64,000 nt of DNA from Candidatus Latescibacterota bacterium (GCA_965205975.1 OZ242195.1:320001-384000), one strand, 5' to 3'; numbered from the stretch's first letter, positions 29,688 through 39,695 are shown. Made by a program: numbers and translations. The notes: generated by a model from the sequence alone, not told the origin.

Positions 29688-30874
29688 ATATGGAATCTGA
29701 ACGCAATATTCTCGATCACATTCACGTTCTCGTGCGCTGGCGGCGCATGATTCTCTTATGCTTTTTTGCGGTCACGCTGGTCACGGCGGGCATTTCGCTC
29801 GTCTTGCCCGAAGCGTACCGCGCTTATGCCACGGTCTATCCACCGCAAGATGCTGGCGGTGGTCTCGGTGGGCTATCGACTCTTTTGCAAGAACTGCCCC
29901 TCAATTTGATGGGGCTGGGTAGTGAGGCCGTATCCGCCACAGAATTTGTTCTGGTCGTTGAAAGCGAAAGCGTGCGCCTATCCGTTGCCAGGCGTTTTGA
30001 TCTCGCTGTGCGCTATGGGGCCAGCCATCAAAGCGAGTTACTGGACATGATCGCCAATCGCCTGCAAGTCGATCTCTCCCGCGAGCAATTTCTCACAATT
30101 TCCTACGAAGCCGATTCCCGAGAACTGGCGGCAGAATTGACCAATGCGTTTGTTGAAGAACTCAAAAACGCGCTTGAACAACGCAGCCAGAACAAAACGC
30201 GCCCTTATCTGGCCTATCTCACGGAGCGGCTCAAAGAAGCCGAACAGGATATGCTCGAAGCCGAGAGACGCTATCGGGATTTTCAGAACAAACACATGAT
30301 CATAGATGTTGAAACGCAGGCGAAGACGCAGTTGGAAATCGCTTCCGGTCCCATCGGCTCGCTGGCAGAACTCATTGTCAAACGCGATGTGCTGTCGCTA
30401 CAGATGACAGCAGACAATCCCGAACGCAAAAAACTCGATCTTGAAATCCAAAAAACGCGCGAGGTGCTCGACGATTTGCTTATGGGCCAATTTCCCGATA
30501 GCCTGCACAGTCGTAGCGATTCGGGTGGACAATTGCCAGAGATTTTCAAGCCCTTTCGACAATTGCCCGAATTGGGCCTGGCCGCGCTACCCCTCATCCG
30601 AGATATTGAAATCCAGAACGCCATCTACCAGTTTGTCAAACAGGAATACGAAAAAACGCGATTTGAAGATGAAAAGGGCATACAGGTGGTTACAGTCCTG
30701 GATTATGCGCGACCTCCCGATACGCGCAGCTATCCGCGCCGCAGCCTCATGGTCACTGTTGCGGGAGGCCTCAGCCTGGTATTGAGTTGCTTGTTTGCCT
30801 TTGTATTTGAAGCTTTGAAGAATCTAACCCCGGAGAATCGTGCTAAAATCGATGCCATATCAGATGAATTGTGA
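29684..30874 (+). CDS. Polysaccharide chain-length determinant / co-polymerase (Wzz/GumC-like)
   Basis: Two terminal TM helices, a coiled-coil middle and VLDYARPPDTRSYPRR. Confidence 0.85.
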   Translation: MNMESERNILDHIHVLVRWRRMILLCFFAVTLVTAGISLVLPEAYRAYATVYPPQDAGGGLGGLSTLLQELPLNLMGLGSEAVSATEFVLVVESESVRLSVARRFDLAVRYGASHQSELLDMIANRLQVDLSREQFLTISYEADSRELAAELTNAFVEELKNALEQRSQNKTRPYLAYLTERLKEAEQDMLEAERRYRDFQNKHMIIDVETQAKTQLEIASGPIGSLAELIVKRDVLSLQMTADNPERKKLDLEIQKTREVLDDLLMGQFPDSLHSRSDSGGQLPEIFKPFRQLPELGLAALPLIRDIEIQNAIYQFVKQEYEKTRFEDEKGIQVVTVLDYARPPDTRSYPRRSLMVTVAGGLSLVLSCLFAFVFEALKNLTPENRAKIDAISDEL

Positions 30875-30891
30875 GTAAGCGAGGTATTTCC

Positions 30892-31920
30892 ATGCAAAAA
30901 TTATCCCGGGATTCTACAATTCTCACCACTACAGTGGGATCTTATCCACTGCCCGACTGGCTCGTGGCAGCACCGAGTGAAACCGCCGTTGTGGATGCCA
31001 CGCGCGTTATCTTTGATACGCAGCGTCAAGCCGGGATTGATCTGCCCACCGATGGCGAACTCTACCGATTTGACATCAACCATCCAGAGACCAATGGCAT
31101 GATCGAATATTTTGTGCGTCCTATGGGTGGTACACGTGCCGATTTTGGGCGTACTGAGGTCGAGGTATTTCGCCAGCGACAATCCATGGACTTTCGCGCC
31201 AAACCCGCTGCTGTTGTCGATGACGCGCTCTCAGAGGGGTCGCTCGATTTGTTATCCGACTGTTTGCGCGCGGCAACCATCGCAGGCGGGCCCTTCAAAT
31301 TTACGCTTACCAGCCCCTATATGCTTGCCCGCACCTTACTCGACAATTACTACGGCGATTTTGAAGCCCTGCTCATGGGGGTGGCAGATGTGTTGGCCGG
31401 TCAGGTGCGCGGTTTGCCATGCGCCTGTGTACAGGTCGATGAAGCCAATATTCCGGGCAACCCTGAGGACGGACCTATCGCAGCGAAGGCGATTAATACG
31501 GTACTCGATGCGATTGATTCCGATACTGAAAAAGCTGTTCATTTTTGTTTTGGAAATTACGGTGGGCAAACCATCCAACGCGGCACATGGCGCGCGCTTA
31601 CCGCTTTCCTCAACGACCTGCACACCGATCACCTCGTGCTCGAGCTCGCCCATCGTCCTGATGATGATCTGGTTGCTCTGAAAGAAATTGATCCGCGCAT
31701 CAAACTTGGCATCGGCGTGATCGACATCAAAAGCAATCATGTTGAAACCGCGGAACAGATTGCCCGACGCCTCGCCCAGGCTGAAAAAGAACTCGGTCCG
31801 GGGCGCATCGCATTTATTCATCCCGATTGCGGGTTCTGGATGCTCAAACGCTCGGTAGCTGATCTCAAGATCGCAGCTCTCGCACAGGGTAGAGATCTCT
31901 ATTTGGGACGTGTGAAGTGA
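30892..31920 (+). CDS. Cobalamin-independent methionine synthase II family (single catalytic-barrel MetE-like)
   Basis: TTTVGSYP, TDGE, QVDEA and Zn ligands HFC...E...PDCG. Confidence 0.85.
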   Translation: MQKLSRDSTILTTTVGSYPLPDWLVAAPSETAVVDATRVIFDTQRQAGIDLPTDGELYRFDINHPETNGMIEYFVRPMGGTRADFGRTEVEVFRQRQSMDFRAKPAAVVDDALSEGSLDLLSDCLRAATIAGGPFKFTLTSPYMLARTLLDNYYGDFEALLMGVADVLAGQVRGLPCACVQVDEANIPGNPEDGPIAAKAINTVLDAIDSDTEKAVHFCFGNYGGQTIQRGTWRALTAFLNDLHTDHLVLELAHRPDDDLVALKEIDPRIKLGIGVIDIKSNHVETAEQIARRLAQAEKELGPGRIAFIHPDCGFWMLKRSVADLKIAALAQGRDLYLGRVK

Positions 31921-31937
31921 GAAGTGTGAAGTGTGAA
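31910..31937 (+). repeat. Heptamer tandem repeat (GTGWGAA)x4 over a stop codon
   Basis: GTGTGAA GTGAGAA GTGTGAA GTGTGAA. Confidence 0.85.
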
Positions 31938-31943
31938 AATTCG

Positions 31944-31968
31944 TGTAGGAGCGGCATCCCTGCCGCGA
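31944..31968 (+). repeat. GTAG-family REP-like palindrome
   Basis: TGTAGGAGCGGCATCCCTGCCGCGA; near-identical inverted copy at 43737-43761. Confidence 0.75.
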
Positions 31969-31997
31969 ATGCAGGTCCCCAATGTGTCTATTTTACC

Positions 31998-34900
31998 ATG
32001 CGATATATTTTTATCTTGTTTTTTATTTTTCTGATCTCGGAAGCAGGTGTTTTCGCTCAGGCACGTGGTACGATTGTCACGATTGCCGGTGGTGGTTTGG
32101 TAGATGGCGATAATGTGCTGGCTACGGATGCTGTGCTCAATCGCCCGCTCGGAATTGCGCTCGATACACAGGGCAATCTCTATATCGCGGATACAGATAA
32201 TCACCGCATTCGACGGGTGGATGCAATAACGGGTATTATTACGACGGTCGCGGGTACTGGGGAACCGGGATTCTCGGGCGATGGCGGACCGGCGACAAGT
32301 GCGTTGCTCAATACTCCCAATGCTATTGCGATCGATAGCGCAGGCAATATTTATATCAGTAGTGGTGGTGCGAGTGAAAGTGATGTTCACAATCGGCGCA
32401 TCCGGCGCATTGATTCTTCTGGTATCATCACTACTGTCGCGGGTACGGGCGAAGGTGGTTTCAAAGATCTGGTACCTGCGCTACAAGCTACGTTCCACGA
32501 AATTGTCGCGCTGACGATGTTGGGCGATATAGCTCTTTTAATCTCCGACAGCCTTGATGGGAATGGACAGGGCAACAACCGCGTGCGGCAATTCAATCTG
32601 GCGAATAATACCATAGGCACAATTGCGGGCAATGGCAGTGCTCAGGCGTCGAATATTCAGGATGACGGGCTGGCAACTCGGGCGGGTTTTACGCCTGGGC
32701 AATTGGCTGTGACGGGTAATGGCGATCTCTTGATTGCCGATTTTAACAACGGACGCATTCGGCGCGTTAGCAGGGCCATACAAGACACAATCGTCGTTGC
32801 CGTGATCAATACCGTAGCCGGGCGGAACGCGACCTCTTCGGAAAATCTGTCAGAAGATCTCTATAAGGGCGATGGTGGGCCAGCGACAGGTGCTTTATTT
32901 TTTTCTCCTTTGGGCGTAGCTGTCGATGAAGCACGCAATATCTATATCGGCGATACGGGCAATAATCGCATTCGCGTGGTCGAAGCGGAAACGGACCATG
33001 TGTTGACCATCGCGGGAACGGGTATTGCGGGCGCAGGGCCTGATGGTACACTCGGTCTTCTGTCCGATCTGGGGCAGCCCACGCACTTGCTGATTGGTGG
33101 CAATGGAGATCTCATTTTTATTGACGCCGCCAACAATCGCATCCGCAAATTGCGCGATTCCACATTTCGCATGCCCTTGTTCAATGTTCTCTCCGAGAAT
33201 ATCGATTTTGGCGAGGTTAGCGTTGGCGATCCCACCGTGAGCCGTTTGCGCGTTGAAAATCGGGGCAATGTGCCCGTTCGCGTTGACACAGCGATTTCCG
33301 ATAACTCCGCGTTTCGCGTTTTGTCGGCATTGCCCCTCGAAATCGGCATTGCCCAAACCTCCGACATTGAAATTGTGTTTGATCCTGTACAAGCTGGCTC
33401 TATAGATGGGCTTATCACCCTCACTACCGATGATTCGCGCGCCCCTTCTGTCGCTGTCACGGTGCGAGGTCTGGGGGCTGAACCCAGTATCGGACTTTTT
33501 CCTACGGATGTCTTAATTTTTGATCCCACTTTCATCGGACGATCTCAAATATTGTCGGTTCGCATTGACAACCTCGGCGCCGGTGTGCTGATCGTTCCCA
33601 ACGCCACGACGACCGACTCGCAATTTGTGGTGGAACAAACCGATACCTTGCGGATTGACGCGGGGCAAAGCCAGCAGCTTTCCATCGCATTTCGCCCGCA
33701 AGCCGAGGGCCAGCAAGAAGCCACGCTCACCATTTTTAGCAACGCACCTGCCAATCCCACGACCACGCTCCAATTGCAGGGCATTGGGGAAAGTTCCCAA
33801 CCCGGCGGGTTTGTCGATGAGGCCCCCAACGCGAATTTGGGCGATATGGGCGCGGGATTTGGTGCGGCGTGGGCAGATTACGACAACGACAATGATCTCG
33901 ATCTCTACCTCGTGCGTAGCAGAGAACCGAACCGGTTATATCGCAACGATGGGACTGGATTTACAGATATGGCGCCGGCGATGGGTGTTGACGATTCCGG
34001 CGATGGCAGCGCGGGCGTCTGGGGCGATTACGACCGCGATGGCGATCTCGACCTCTACGTCACCAATTTTGGTGGATCGAATCGGTTATATCGCAACGAT
34101 GGGACTGGATTTACAGATGTGGCGCCGGCGATGGGTGTTGACGATTCCGGCGATGGATATGGCGCGGCTTGGGGCGATTATGACCGCGATGGGGATCTCG
34201 ACCTTTACGTCGCCAACTTTGGCGCGAATCGCTTTTTCCAGAACAATGGCAACCGTTTTTCCGAACTGGCGGATAGCCTGGGCCTGAGCGATACAGAAAG
34301 TGGGATTCAACCTGCTTGGGGCGATTTTGACAACGATGGCGACCTCGATCTGTTTTTGGCAAATAGCGGTCCCAACCGTCTCTTTCGCAATGATGGCGCG
34401 CGCTTCACGTCCATAGAAAATATTTTTAATCCCACCGATGAAGGGCCGAGTTTTGGCGCGGCCTGGGGCGATTTTGACAACGATGGCGATCTCGATCTGT
34501 TTATTCCCTATTTTGGCGCGAATAACAGGTGTTATACAAACGAGGGCAATGGCACGTTCAGAGATCGCGCGACGGAGTTGGGCCTCGCCCACGATGGACG
34601 AAGCCGAGGCGCAGTATGGGGCGATTTTGACAACGATGGCGATCTCGATCTCTATGTCACCAATAGGGGCCAGCCCAATTTGTATTACAAGAATGTGGAT
34701 GGGCATTTTGCCGACATATCCGATTCTTTGGGTGTTGCCCTGAATGCGGACAGCCGCGGCGTTGCCCTTGCCGATTACGACAACGATGGGAGACTCGATT
34801 TTTATGTCGCCGTGCAAAATGGCCCGGACGCCCTCTTTCGCAATCGCGAGGCCAATGGCAACTGGATCGCAATTCGGCTTCGCGGTACAGAAAGTAGCCC

Positions 34901-35336
34901 CGATGCGATTGGCACGCGTCTCGAAATTGCGTTCAGAGACAGAGATGGCAATAACCGCCGCGCCATTCGAGAAATCACAGGCGGCGCGTCCTTTTTATCG
35001 CAAGATGCGCTCACGCCCGTGTTTGGTGTGGGCAGAGCCGAATATGTCGAGGTGCTCACACTGCGCTGGCCCAGTGGCATTGTCCAGGAATTTCGCAGTG
35101 AGACCGACGATTTGTCGGTCAATCGCGTTCTCCACATCGTCGAACAACCACTTGCGTCTGCAATAATATCCTACGATTTCAATGCCGATGGTCGATTCGA
35201 CTTCAGCGATTTCACAATCTTTGTCAATGCCTTTGGCTCTGCGGATATGCGTTTTGACCTCGATGCCGATGGTCGGATTGGATTTGGTGATTTTTTGCGT
35301 TTTGTCCAGGTTTATGAGGTGAGAGGTGAGAGGTGA
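31998..35336 (+). CDS. Secreted multidomain protein: NHL repeats, two Ig-like (choice-of-anchor D/ASH) domains, FG-GAP/CRTAC1 propeller, ASPIC/UnbV domain and C-terminal EF-hand/dockerin-like pair
   Basis: Signal peptide MRYIFILF; GNLYIADTDNHRIR; repeated WGDYD.DGDLDLY; AIGTRL..GGASFLSQ..FGVG..WPSG; DFNADGRFDFSDF / DLDADGRIGFGDF. Confidence 0.88.
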   Translation: MRYIFILFFIFLISEAGVFAQARGTIVTIAGGGLVDGDNVLATDAVLNRPLGIALDTQGNLYIADTDNHRIRRVDAITGIITTVAGTGEPGFSGDGGPATSALLNTPNAIAIDSAGNIYISSGGASESDVHNRRIRRIDSSGIITTVAGTGEGGFKDLVPALQATFHEIVALTMLGDIALLISDSLDGNGQGNNRVRQFNLANNTIGTIAGNGSAQASNIQDDGLATRAGFTPGQLAVTGNGDLLIADFNNGRIRRVSRAIQDTIVVAVINTVAGRNATSSENLSEDLYKGDGGPATGALFFSPLGVAVDEARNIYIGDTGNNRIRVVEAETDHVLTIAGTGIAGAGPDGTLGLLSDLGQPTHLLIGGNGDLIFIDAANNRIRKLRDSTFRMPLFNVLSENIDFGEVSVGDPTVSRLRVENRGNVPVRVDTAISDNSAFRVLSALPLEIGIAQTSDIEIVFDPVQAGSIDGLITLTTDDSRAPSVAVTVRGLGAEPSIGLFPTDVLIFDPTFIGRSQILSVRIDNLGAGVLIVPNATTTDSQFVVEQTDTLRIDAGQSQQLSIAFRPQAEGQQEATLTIFSNAPANPTTTLQLQGIGESSQPGGFVDEAPNANLGDMGAGFGAAWADYDNDNDLDLYLVRSREPNRLYRNDGTGFTDMAPAMGVDDSGDGSAGVWGDYDRDGDLDLYVTNFGGSNRLYRNDGTGFTDVAPAMGVDDSGDGYGAAWGDYDRDGDLDLYVANFGANRFFQNNGNRFSELADSLGLSDTESGIQPAWGDFDNDGDLDLFLANSGPNRLFRNDGARFTSIENIFNPTDEGPSFGAAWGDFDNDGDLDLFIPYFGANNRCYTNEGNGTFRDRATELGLAHDGRSRGAVWGDFDNDGDLDLYVTNRGQPNLYYKNVDGHFADISDSLGVALNADSRGVALADYDNDGRLDFYVAVQNGPDALFRNREANGNWIAIRLRGTESSPDAIGTRLEIAFRDRDGNNRRAIREITGGASFLSQDALTPVFGVGRAEYVEVLTLRWPSGIVQEFRSETDDLSVNRVLHIVEQPLASAIISYDFNADGRFDFSDFTIFVNAFGSADMRFDLDADGRIGFGDFLRFVQVYEVRGER
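33933..34222 (+). repeat. Intragenic 150-bp tandem duplication (FG-GAP blades)
   Basis: 33933-34006 and 34083-34156 are identical except for 1 nt; similarity continues downstream. Confidence 0.9.
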
Positions 35337-35350
35337 GAGGTGAGAGGTGT
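35316..35350 (+). repeat. Heptamer tandem repeat (GAGGTGA)x5 over a stop codon
   Basis: GAGGTGA x4 plus GAGGTGT. Confidence 0.9.
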
Positions 35351-35407
35351 ACACCGTCCGTGGTCGCCCGTTCTATTATTGAATATCGATATCAAACGTC
35401 TTTGACT

Positions 35408-36031
35408 ATGATCGCACTCCCAACACCTCAAAATATCAATCAGGCTACCGATATTATTAAAAACGGCGGCTTGATTGCCTATCCGACCGAGACTGTTTAT
35501 GGTCTGGGGGCTGATCCCCATAACGATGAAGCTGTTCAGAGAATTTTCACTGCCAAAGGGCGTGCGGAGGACAAGGGGTTTATTCTCTTGATTCGCGGTG
35601 TAGATGATCTTTCAACGCTTGTTCGTGTGGTATCTCCGACAGCCCAAATACTTATTGAGGCATTTTGGCCTGGACCTCTTACCCTTGTTTTTCGCGCAAA
35701 TACCGATCTTTCACCCACTTTGCTCGGCGGACGCGATACGGTGGCTCTCCGCCATTCGAGTTCGCCTATTGCCACCCAGTTGCTCACTGCACTCGGCGGT
35801 CCCCTCACGAGTACGAGTGCCAATCGTTCTACAGAGCCTCCAGCGCGTTCGGCTTGCGAGGTGGAAAACGCGCTGGGGGAGCATCTCGATTTCATTCTCG
35901 ACGGTGGACCTTCCGACAGTACGCTCCCTTCTACACTTGTTGATGTTTCTACCGACCACGCAATTCTCCTGCGCGAAGGTGCTGTTTCTGCTCAAAAACT
36001 CAGGACGTATATTCAATTTGAAAAAAAATAA
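35408..36031 (+). CDS. tsaC: L-threonylcarbamoyladenylate synthase (Sua5/YrdC)
   Basis: YPTETVYGLG, KGR, FWPGPLT and STSANRS. Confidence 0.95.
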   Translation: MIALPTPQNINQATDIIKNGGLIAYPTETVYGLGADPHNDEAVQRIFTAKGRAEDKGFILLIRGVDDLSTLVRVVSPTAQILIEAFWPGPLTLVFRANTDLSPTLLGGRDTVALRHSSSPIATQLLTALGGPLTSTSANRSTEPPARSACEVENALGEHLDFILDGGPSDSTLPSTLVDVSTDHAILLREGAVSAQKLRTYIQFEKK

Positions 36032-36058
36032 AAGGCGAGAAGAAAAATCTCCTCGCCT
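36029..36058 (-). terminator. Intrinsic terminator (possibly bidirectional)
   Basis: AGGCGAG...CTCGCCT stem with a T-run on the minus strand, between convergent genes. Confidence 0.65.
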
Positions 36059-36087
36059 GATCGCAAACATGGGAAGCAATATTTACT

Positions 36088-37287
36088 TTAAAATGAAACA
36101 TTGCTCATCACATAAGCCCAGTGCATGTTCTCGTTCAATCGGCCCAATGCCTTGATGGCATCTCGCGCCAGAGCAATTGTATAACCAGTGACAAAGGTTA
36201 CATTTTCGCTGTATTGATATGATAGTGTTAAATCGAGTTCATCTGCCAGATGACCCGATTCCAAATTGCCTTTTTGGGCGAGGAAGAACACATGTCCGTC
36301 CGCTGCCAAACGCAACTGCTCTTCTTCATCCAGCGGTACAGATACTTTTATGGCAAAGTCCTGAAGGCCCAGATTTTGAGTGTGGACGGGTATGTTGAGA
36401 AATAAATCGGCAAAACCGTAGTATTTGTGATTGGTTGCAAAGAGCGTGTCAAATGATTTCCATTTGCTGTCTTTCTCATTGCCATCGCCAGACAAATAAT
36501 CATACCACAGGGTCAGACTACCACTGCCCAGTGTTGTGCCCAGCCTGCCGCCAAACATAAATGCCGAGCCGTTTGGCCCGCGTCGTTCGCCCGTTTGGAA
36601 AGAGCCTTCTGCGCGGTAGATCCAGTTCGATTTTTCGCCGTAAATGCGTGCGCCGAGTGTCCATAGCCGCGTATTATCACTTCTGTTGAAGCCCTTGGGG
36701 GATACGTGATGGTAGATGCCGTAAAAATCTGCAGATGTGTTCGTTCCGGTCGCAGTAGCATACAAAGCAGCCAGGTAGGCATTGCCGCTTATACCTTCGG
36801 CTGTGGTATCGGATAGGCGAACGCCAACCCCTTGAACTGTGCCCCATTGGGGTTTGGCAGTTGCGATAATACCGTCGAAGGCACGCCCTTGTTGTGCCCA
36901 TTCGACTGCGCCGATTATCCGCTGTCCGCCCAGTCCTATCGCCTGTCGTCCAATGCGAAGGGATAGGGCTGTGTCGCCCATATCTTTGATGTCCATATAT
37001 GCCTGATGAAAGTCAAAATTGTCGGCATTATAATCGGTGAAGGTATCGCTTTCTTCACCCCACAGCCGAACATCCTGCAATTGGACAAACACACTCACAT
37101 CCTGCTCTAAAGTCGCTGTGATATTCAGCCGAGCACGCATGGATGTGAATACGTCGTGCCCATTGCCAACGGGATCTCGAAATTCCGTGCGAGGTCGAAT
37201 TTGCCCTCCAAACTCGATATCTGTGGCTTCAACACCACTTGATATAATGACAATTATCGCTATACCAACTAACCATCTCGACAGCAT
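36088..37287 (-). CDS. Alginate export family outer-membrane beta-barrel
   Basis: Signal peptide; GQIRPRTEFR, HQAY, IGRQ, SGDGN and TNHKYYG; C-terminal Phe. Confidence 0.82.
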   Translation of the reverse strand: MLSRWLVGIAIIVIISSGVEATDIEFGGQIRPRTEFRDPVGNGHDVFTSMRARLNITATLEQDVSVFVQLQDVRLWGEESDTFTDYNADNFDFHQAYMDIKDMGDTALSLRIGRQAIGLGGQRIIGAVEWAQQGRAFDGIIATAKPQWGTVQGVGVRLSDTTAEGISGNAYLAALYATATGTNTSADFYGIYHHVSPKGFNRSDNTRLWTLGARIYGEKSNWIYRAEGSFQTGERRGPNGSAFMFGGRLGTTLGSGSLTLWYDYLSGDGNEKDSKWKSFDTLFATNHKYYGFADLFLNIPVHTQNLGLQDFAIKVSVPLDEEEQLRLAADGHVFFLAQKGNLESGHLADELDLTLSYQYSENVTFVTGYTIALARDAIKALGRLNENMHWAYVMSNVSF

Positions 37288-37399
37288 ATTAGCCTCCTGG
37301 ATACAAATTTTTCAACCGGAGATCACCTAAGTATAATATACGATAAAAATTTAGACAATAAACGAGTATCGACATAGATATAAGACAATCATACCCATC

Positions 37400-37426
37400 G
37401 TAGGGGCGGTGCCCCTGTGCCCGCCC
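37400..37426 (+). repeat. GTAG-family REP-like palindrome
   Basis: GTAGGGGCGGTGCCCCTGTGCCCGCCC. Confidence 0.6.
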
Positions 37427-37468
37427 GTCATCATAAGGGTAGTGTCTTTAAGCTAAAAAATCTGTTTA

Positions 37469-39643
37469 TCACAGCAAAGTTCCCTGAACAGGTTCTTCGA
37501 CAATTCCAGCTCGAATGCGCTGAGATAGGGTCGTGTGTCGCTCTGCAACCCGATTGTTGCGAACAGCCATCCCCAGGGCTTGTTTTGTGCCTACCAGCAC
37601 GACCAGTTCTCGCGCCCGCGTGATGGCCGTGTACAACAAGTTGCGCTGTAACATCATATAGTGCTGCGTGGTCAAAGGCATGACTACGGCGCGAAATTCT
37701 GCACCCTGGCTCTTGTGTACACTCATGGCATAGGCCAGCACCAACTCGTCCAATTCCGAGAACTCATATTCTATGACGCGGTCCTGAAATCGCATGTGCA
37801 ATATATCGTCTTCTATTCCGAGAACGCGTCCAATATCTCCATTAAAAACATCGCGGTCATAGTTATTCCGCACCTGCATCACTTTGTCGCCCACCCGAAA
37901 GCGAATACCGCCCCGCGTCATCTCCTGTCCTTTGGGATTCAACTCGTCTTGCAAGACCTGGTTGAGATTGTTCGCGCCGGTTTCCCCTCGATACATCGGT
38001 ACGAGTACTTGAATATCTTCAATACTGTCCAACCGATATGTGCGCGGCAAACGTGCAGCACACAATCCACAAACCATCTCGACGACCTGATTGGGTTCCG
38101 AGACTTCGATAAAAAAGAAATCCGCATCGCGGTCATTTTGCACGTATGGCATTTCGCCGCGATTGATCGCGTGGGCATTGGTAACAATATGGCTCGTTTG
38201 TGCCTGTCGAAAGATCTCGTTGAGTTCCACGACTTCTACCGTGCCAGATGCAATGACATCCTTCAACACATTTCCCGCGCCAACCGATGGCAACTGATCG
38301 ACATCGCCTACCAGGACTACCGAAGCACTGATTGGTACAGCGCGCAATAGACTGTTCATCAGAACTGTATCGACCATGGATATTTCATCGACAATCAGAG
38401 CATCAATTTCCAGAGGATTATCAAAATTTTTCTCAAACGCCATTTCAGATGGGCTAAATTTTAGCAATCTGTGGATGGTTTTGGCCTCATGCCCGGTTGC
38501 CTCAGACATTCGCTTGGCCGCGCGTCCCGTTGGTGCTGCCAGTGCGATTTTTTTCTTTCGCGCCTCTAAAAGTGCGATCAGCCCTTTAATGGTCGTTGTT
38601 TTACCCGTTCCGGGACCACCCGTCAGGACCAGCAAATTGTGCGACAATGCCTTTTCCAATGCCAATTTTTGACGGGGCGCAAATGTTACCCCATCGCGCT
38701 GTTCTATGGCTCTGACTTCCGCCGGGATATTGCCGAGTTCAATGCGTTGCACCTGGGATAATTGATAGCACCGCGTTGCCGCGCCCTGTTCGGCATAGTA
38801 CAAATGCGGCAAATACACCCGCTCATCATTGGCGACAATCGATTCTTCGGAGAGCAGTTGTGCTACACACGGTGCGATTGCATCGACGGGTACATCGAGT
38901 GCTTCGGCACAAGATTCGATGAGCGCGTCTTCAGGCAAGAATACATGTCCTTCTTTGTCTGCTGCTTCGTTGAGGACATGCAAAAGACCAGCTTGAATGC
39001 GCCGGTCTGAATGCGCGGGGATGCCCATTTTTTGCGCGATGCGGTCTGCTGTCAGAAATCCAATGCCCCAAACATCTACTGATAGGCGATAGGGATTTTC
39101 CCGAATTAATTCAATGGCTTCATGCCCGTACCGTTTCCATATTTTTACGGCGTATCCCGTGCCTACTTCGTGCGATTGCAAGAATAGCATTACATTGTGG
39201 ATCTCGCGCTGGTCTTCCCAGGCTTTGATAATCCACTTTGCGCGTTTGGCTCCCAATCCTTCGACTTCGACTAATCGCTCGGGATCTCTTTCGATGACAT
39301 CGAGAGCTTCTTTGCCAAAGTGATCCACAATCCGCTTTGCCGTGACTGGCCCGATGCCTTTGATCAATCCCGAACCCAAATATCGCCGCATTCCCTCTAC
39401 CGTAGATGGATATACGGTCTGGTAGGATTCAATTTTGAACTGTGCCCCATATTGCTTATGGGTTGTCCATTCGCCTTCCAAAATCACGGTCTCGCCCGGG
39501 TTGATCGACAGCATTTCGCCCACAATGGTCGCCAGACGGTTGTTGTATGCGGTGGATCCCTCTACCTGCAAACGGGCAATCGTGTATCCATTCTCTTCGT
39601 TTTGAAATGTAATGCGATCTACAATTCCGCGAAGCTGAGCCAT
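37469..39643 (-). CDS. recD2: ATP-dependent RecD2-like SF1B DNA helicase
   Basis: GLIKGIGP HhH, GGPGTGKT, APTGRAAKR, VDEISM and SVHKSQGAEF. Confidence 0.96.
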   Translation of the reverse strand: MAQLRGIVDRITFQNEENGYTIARLQVEGSTAYNNRLATIVGEMLSINPGETVILEGEWTTHKQYGAQFKIESYQTVYPSTVEGMRRYLGSGLIKGIGPVTAKRIVDHFGKEALDVIERDPERLVEVEGLGAKRAKWIIKAWEDQREIHNVMLFLQSHEVGTGYAVKIWKRYGHEAIELIRENPYRLSVDVWGIGFLTADRIAQKMGIPAHSDRRIQAGLLHVLNEAADKEGHVFLPEDALIESCAEALDVPVDAIAPCVAQLLSEESIVANDERVYLPHLYYAEQGAATRCYQLSQVQRIELGNIPAEVRAIEQRDGVTFAPRQKLALEKALSHNLLVLTGGPGTGKTTTIKGLIALLEARKKKIALAAPTGRAAKRMSEATGHEAKTIHRLLKFSPSEMAFEKNFDNPLEIDALIVDEISMVDTVLMNSLLRAVPISASVVLVGDVDQLPSVGAGNVLKDVIASGTVEVVELNEIFRQAQTSHIVTNAHAINRGEMPYVQNDRDADFFFIEVSEPNQVVEMVCGLCAARLPRTYRLDSIEDIQVLVPMYRGETGANNLNQVLQDELNPKGQEMTRGGIRFRVGDKVMQVRNNYDRDVFNGDIGRVLGIEDDILHMRFQDRVIEYEFSELDELVLAYAMSVHKSQGAEFRAVVMPLTTQHYMMLQRNLLYTAITRARELVVLVGTKQALGMAVRNNRVAERHTTLSQRIRAGIVEEPVQGTLL

Positions 39644-39695
39644 GTAAAACCTCGGCGAACATGTTCTCCCATCACACAATCGGAGGGGTAGAGGA

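Noticed and set aside
33933..34222. Template/variable repeat pair of a diversity-generating retroelement
   Set aside because: Mismatches are not adenine-specific, both copies are in one ORF, and no reverse transcriptase is in the window.
33860..34810. Regularly spaced GGCGATT..GAC..CGATGGCGATCTCGA repeats as a CRISPR array
   Set aside because: They are in-frame FG-GAP protein repeats with ~150-nt period and synonymous variation; no cas genes are present.
31917..35407. Extended N-termini in the ORF track (starts at 31917 and 35333)
   Set aside because: These GTG starts are created by the heptamer repeats; downstream ATGs at 31998 and 35408 fit the signal peptide and family starts better.
39657..39666. 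GAACATGTTC palindrome before recD2 as a LexA box
   Set aside because: Spacing is GAAC-N2-GTTC rather than N4, and no similar site was seen at radA; insufficient support.
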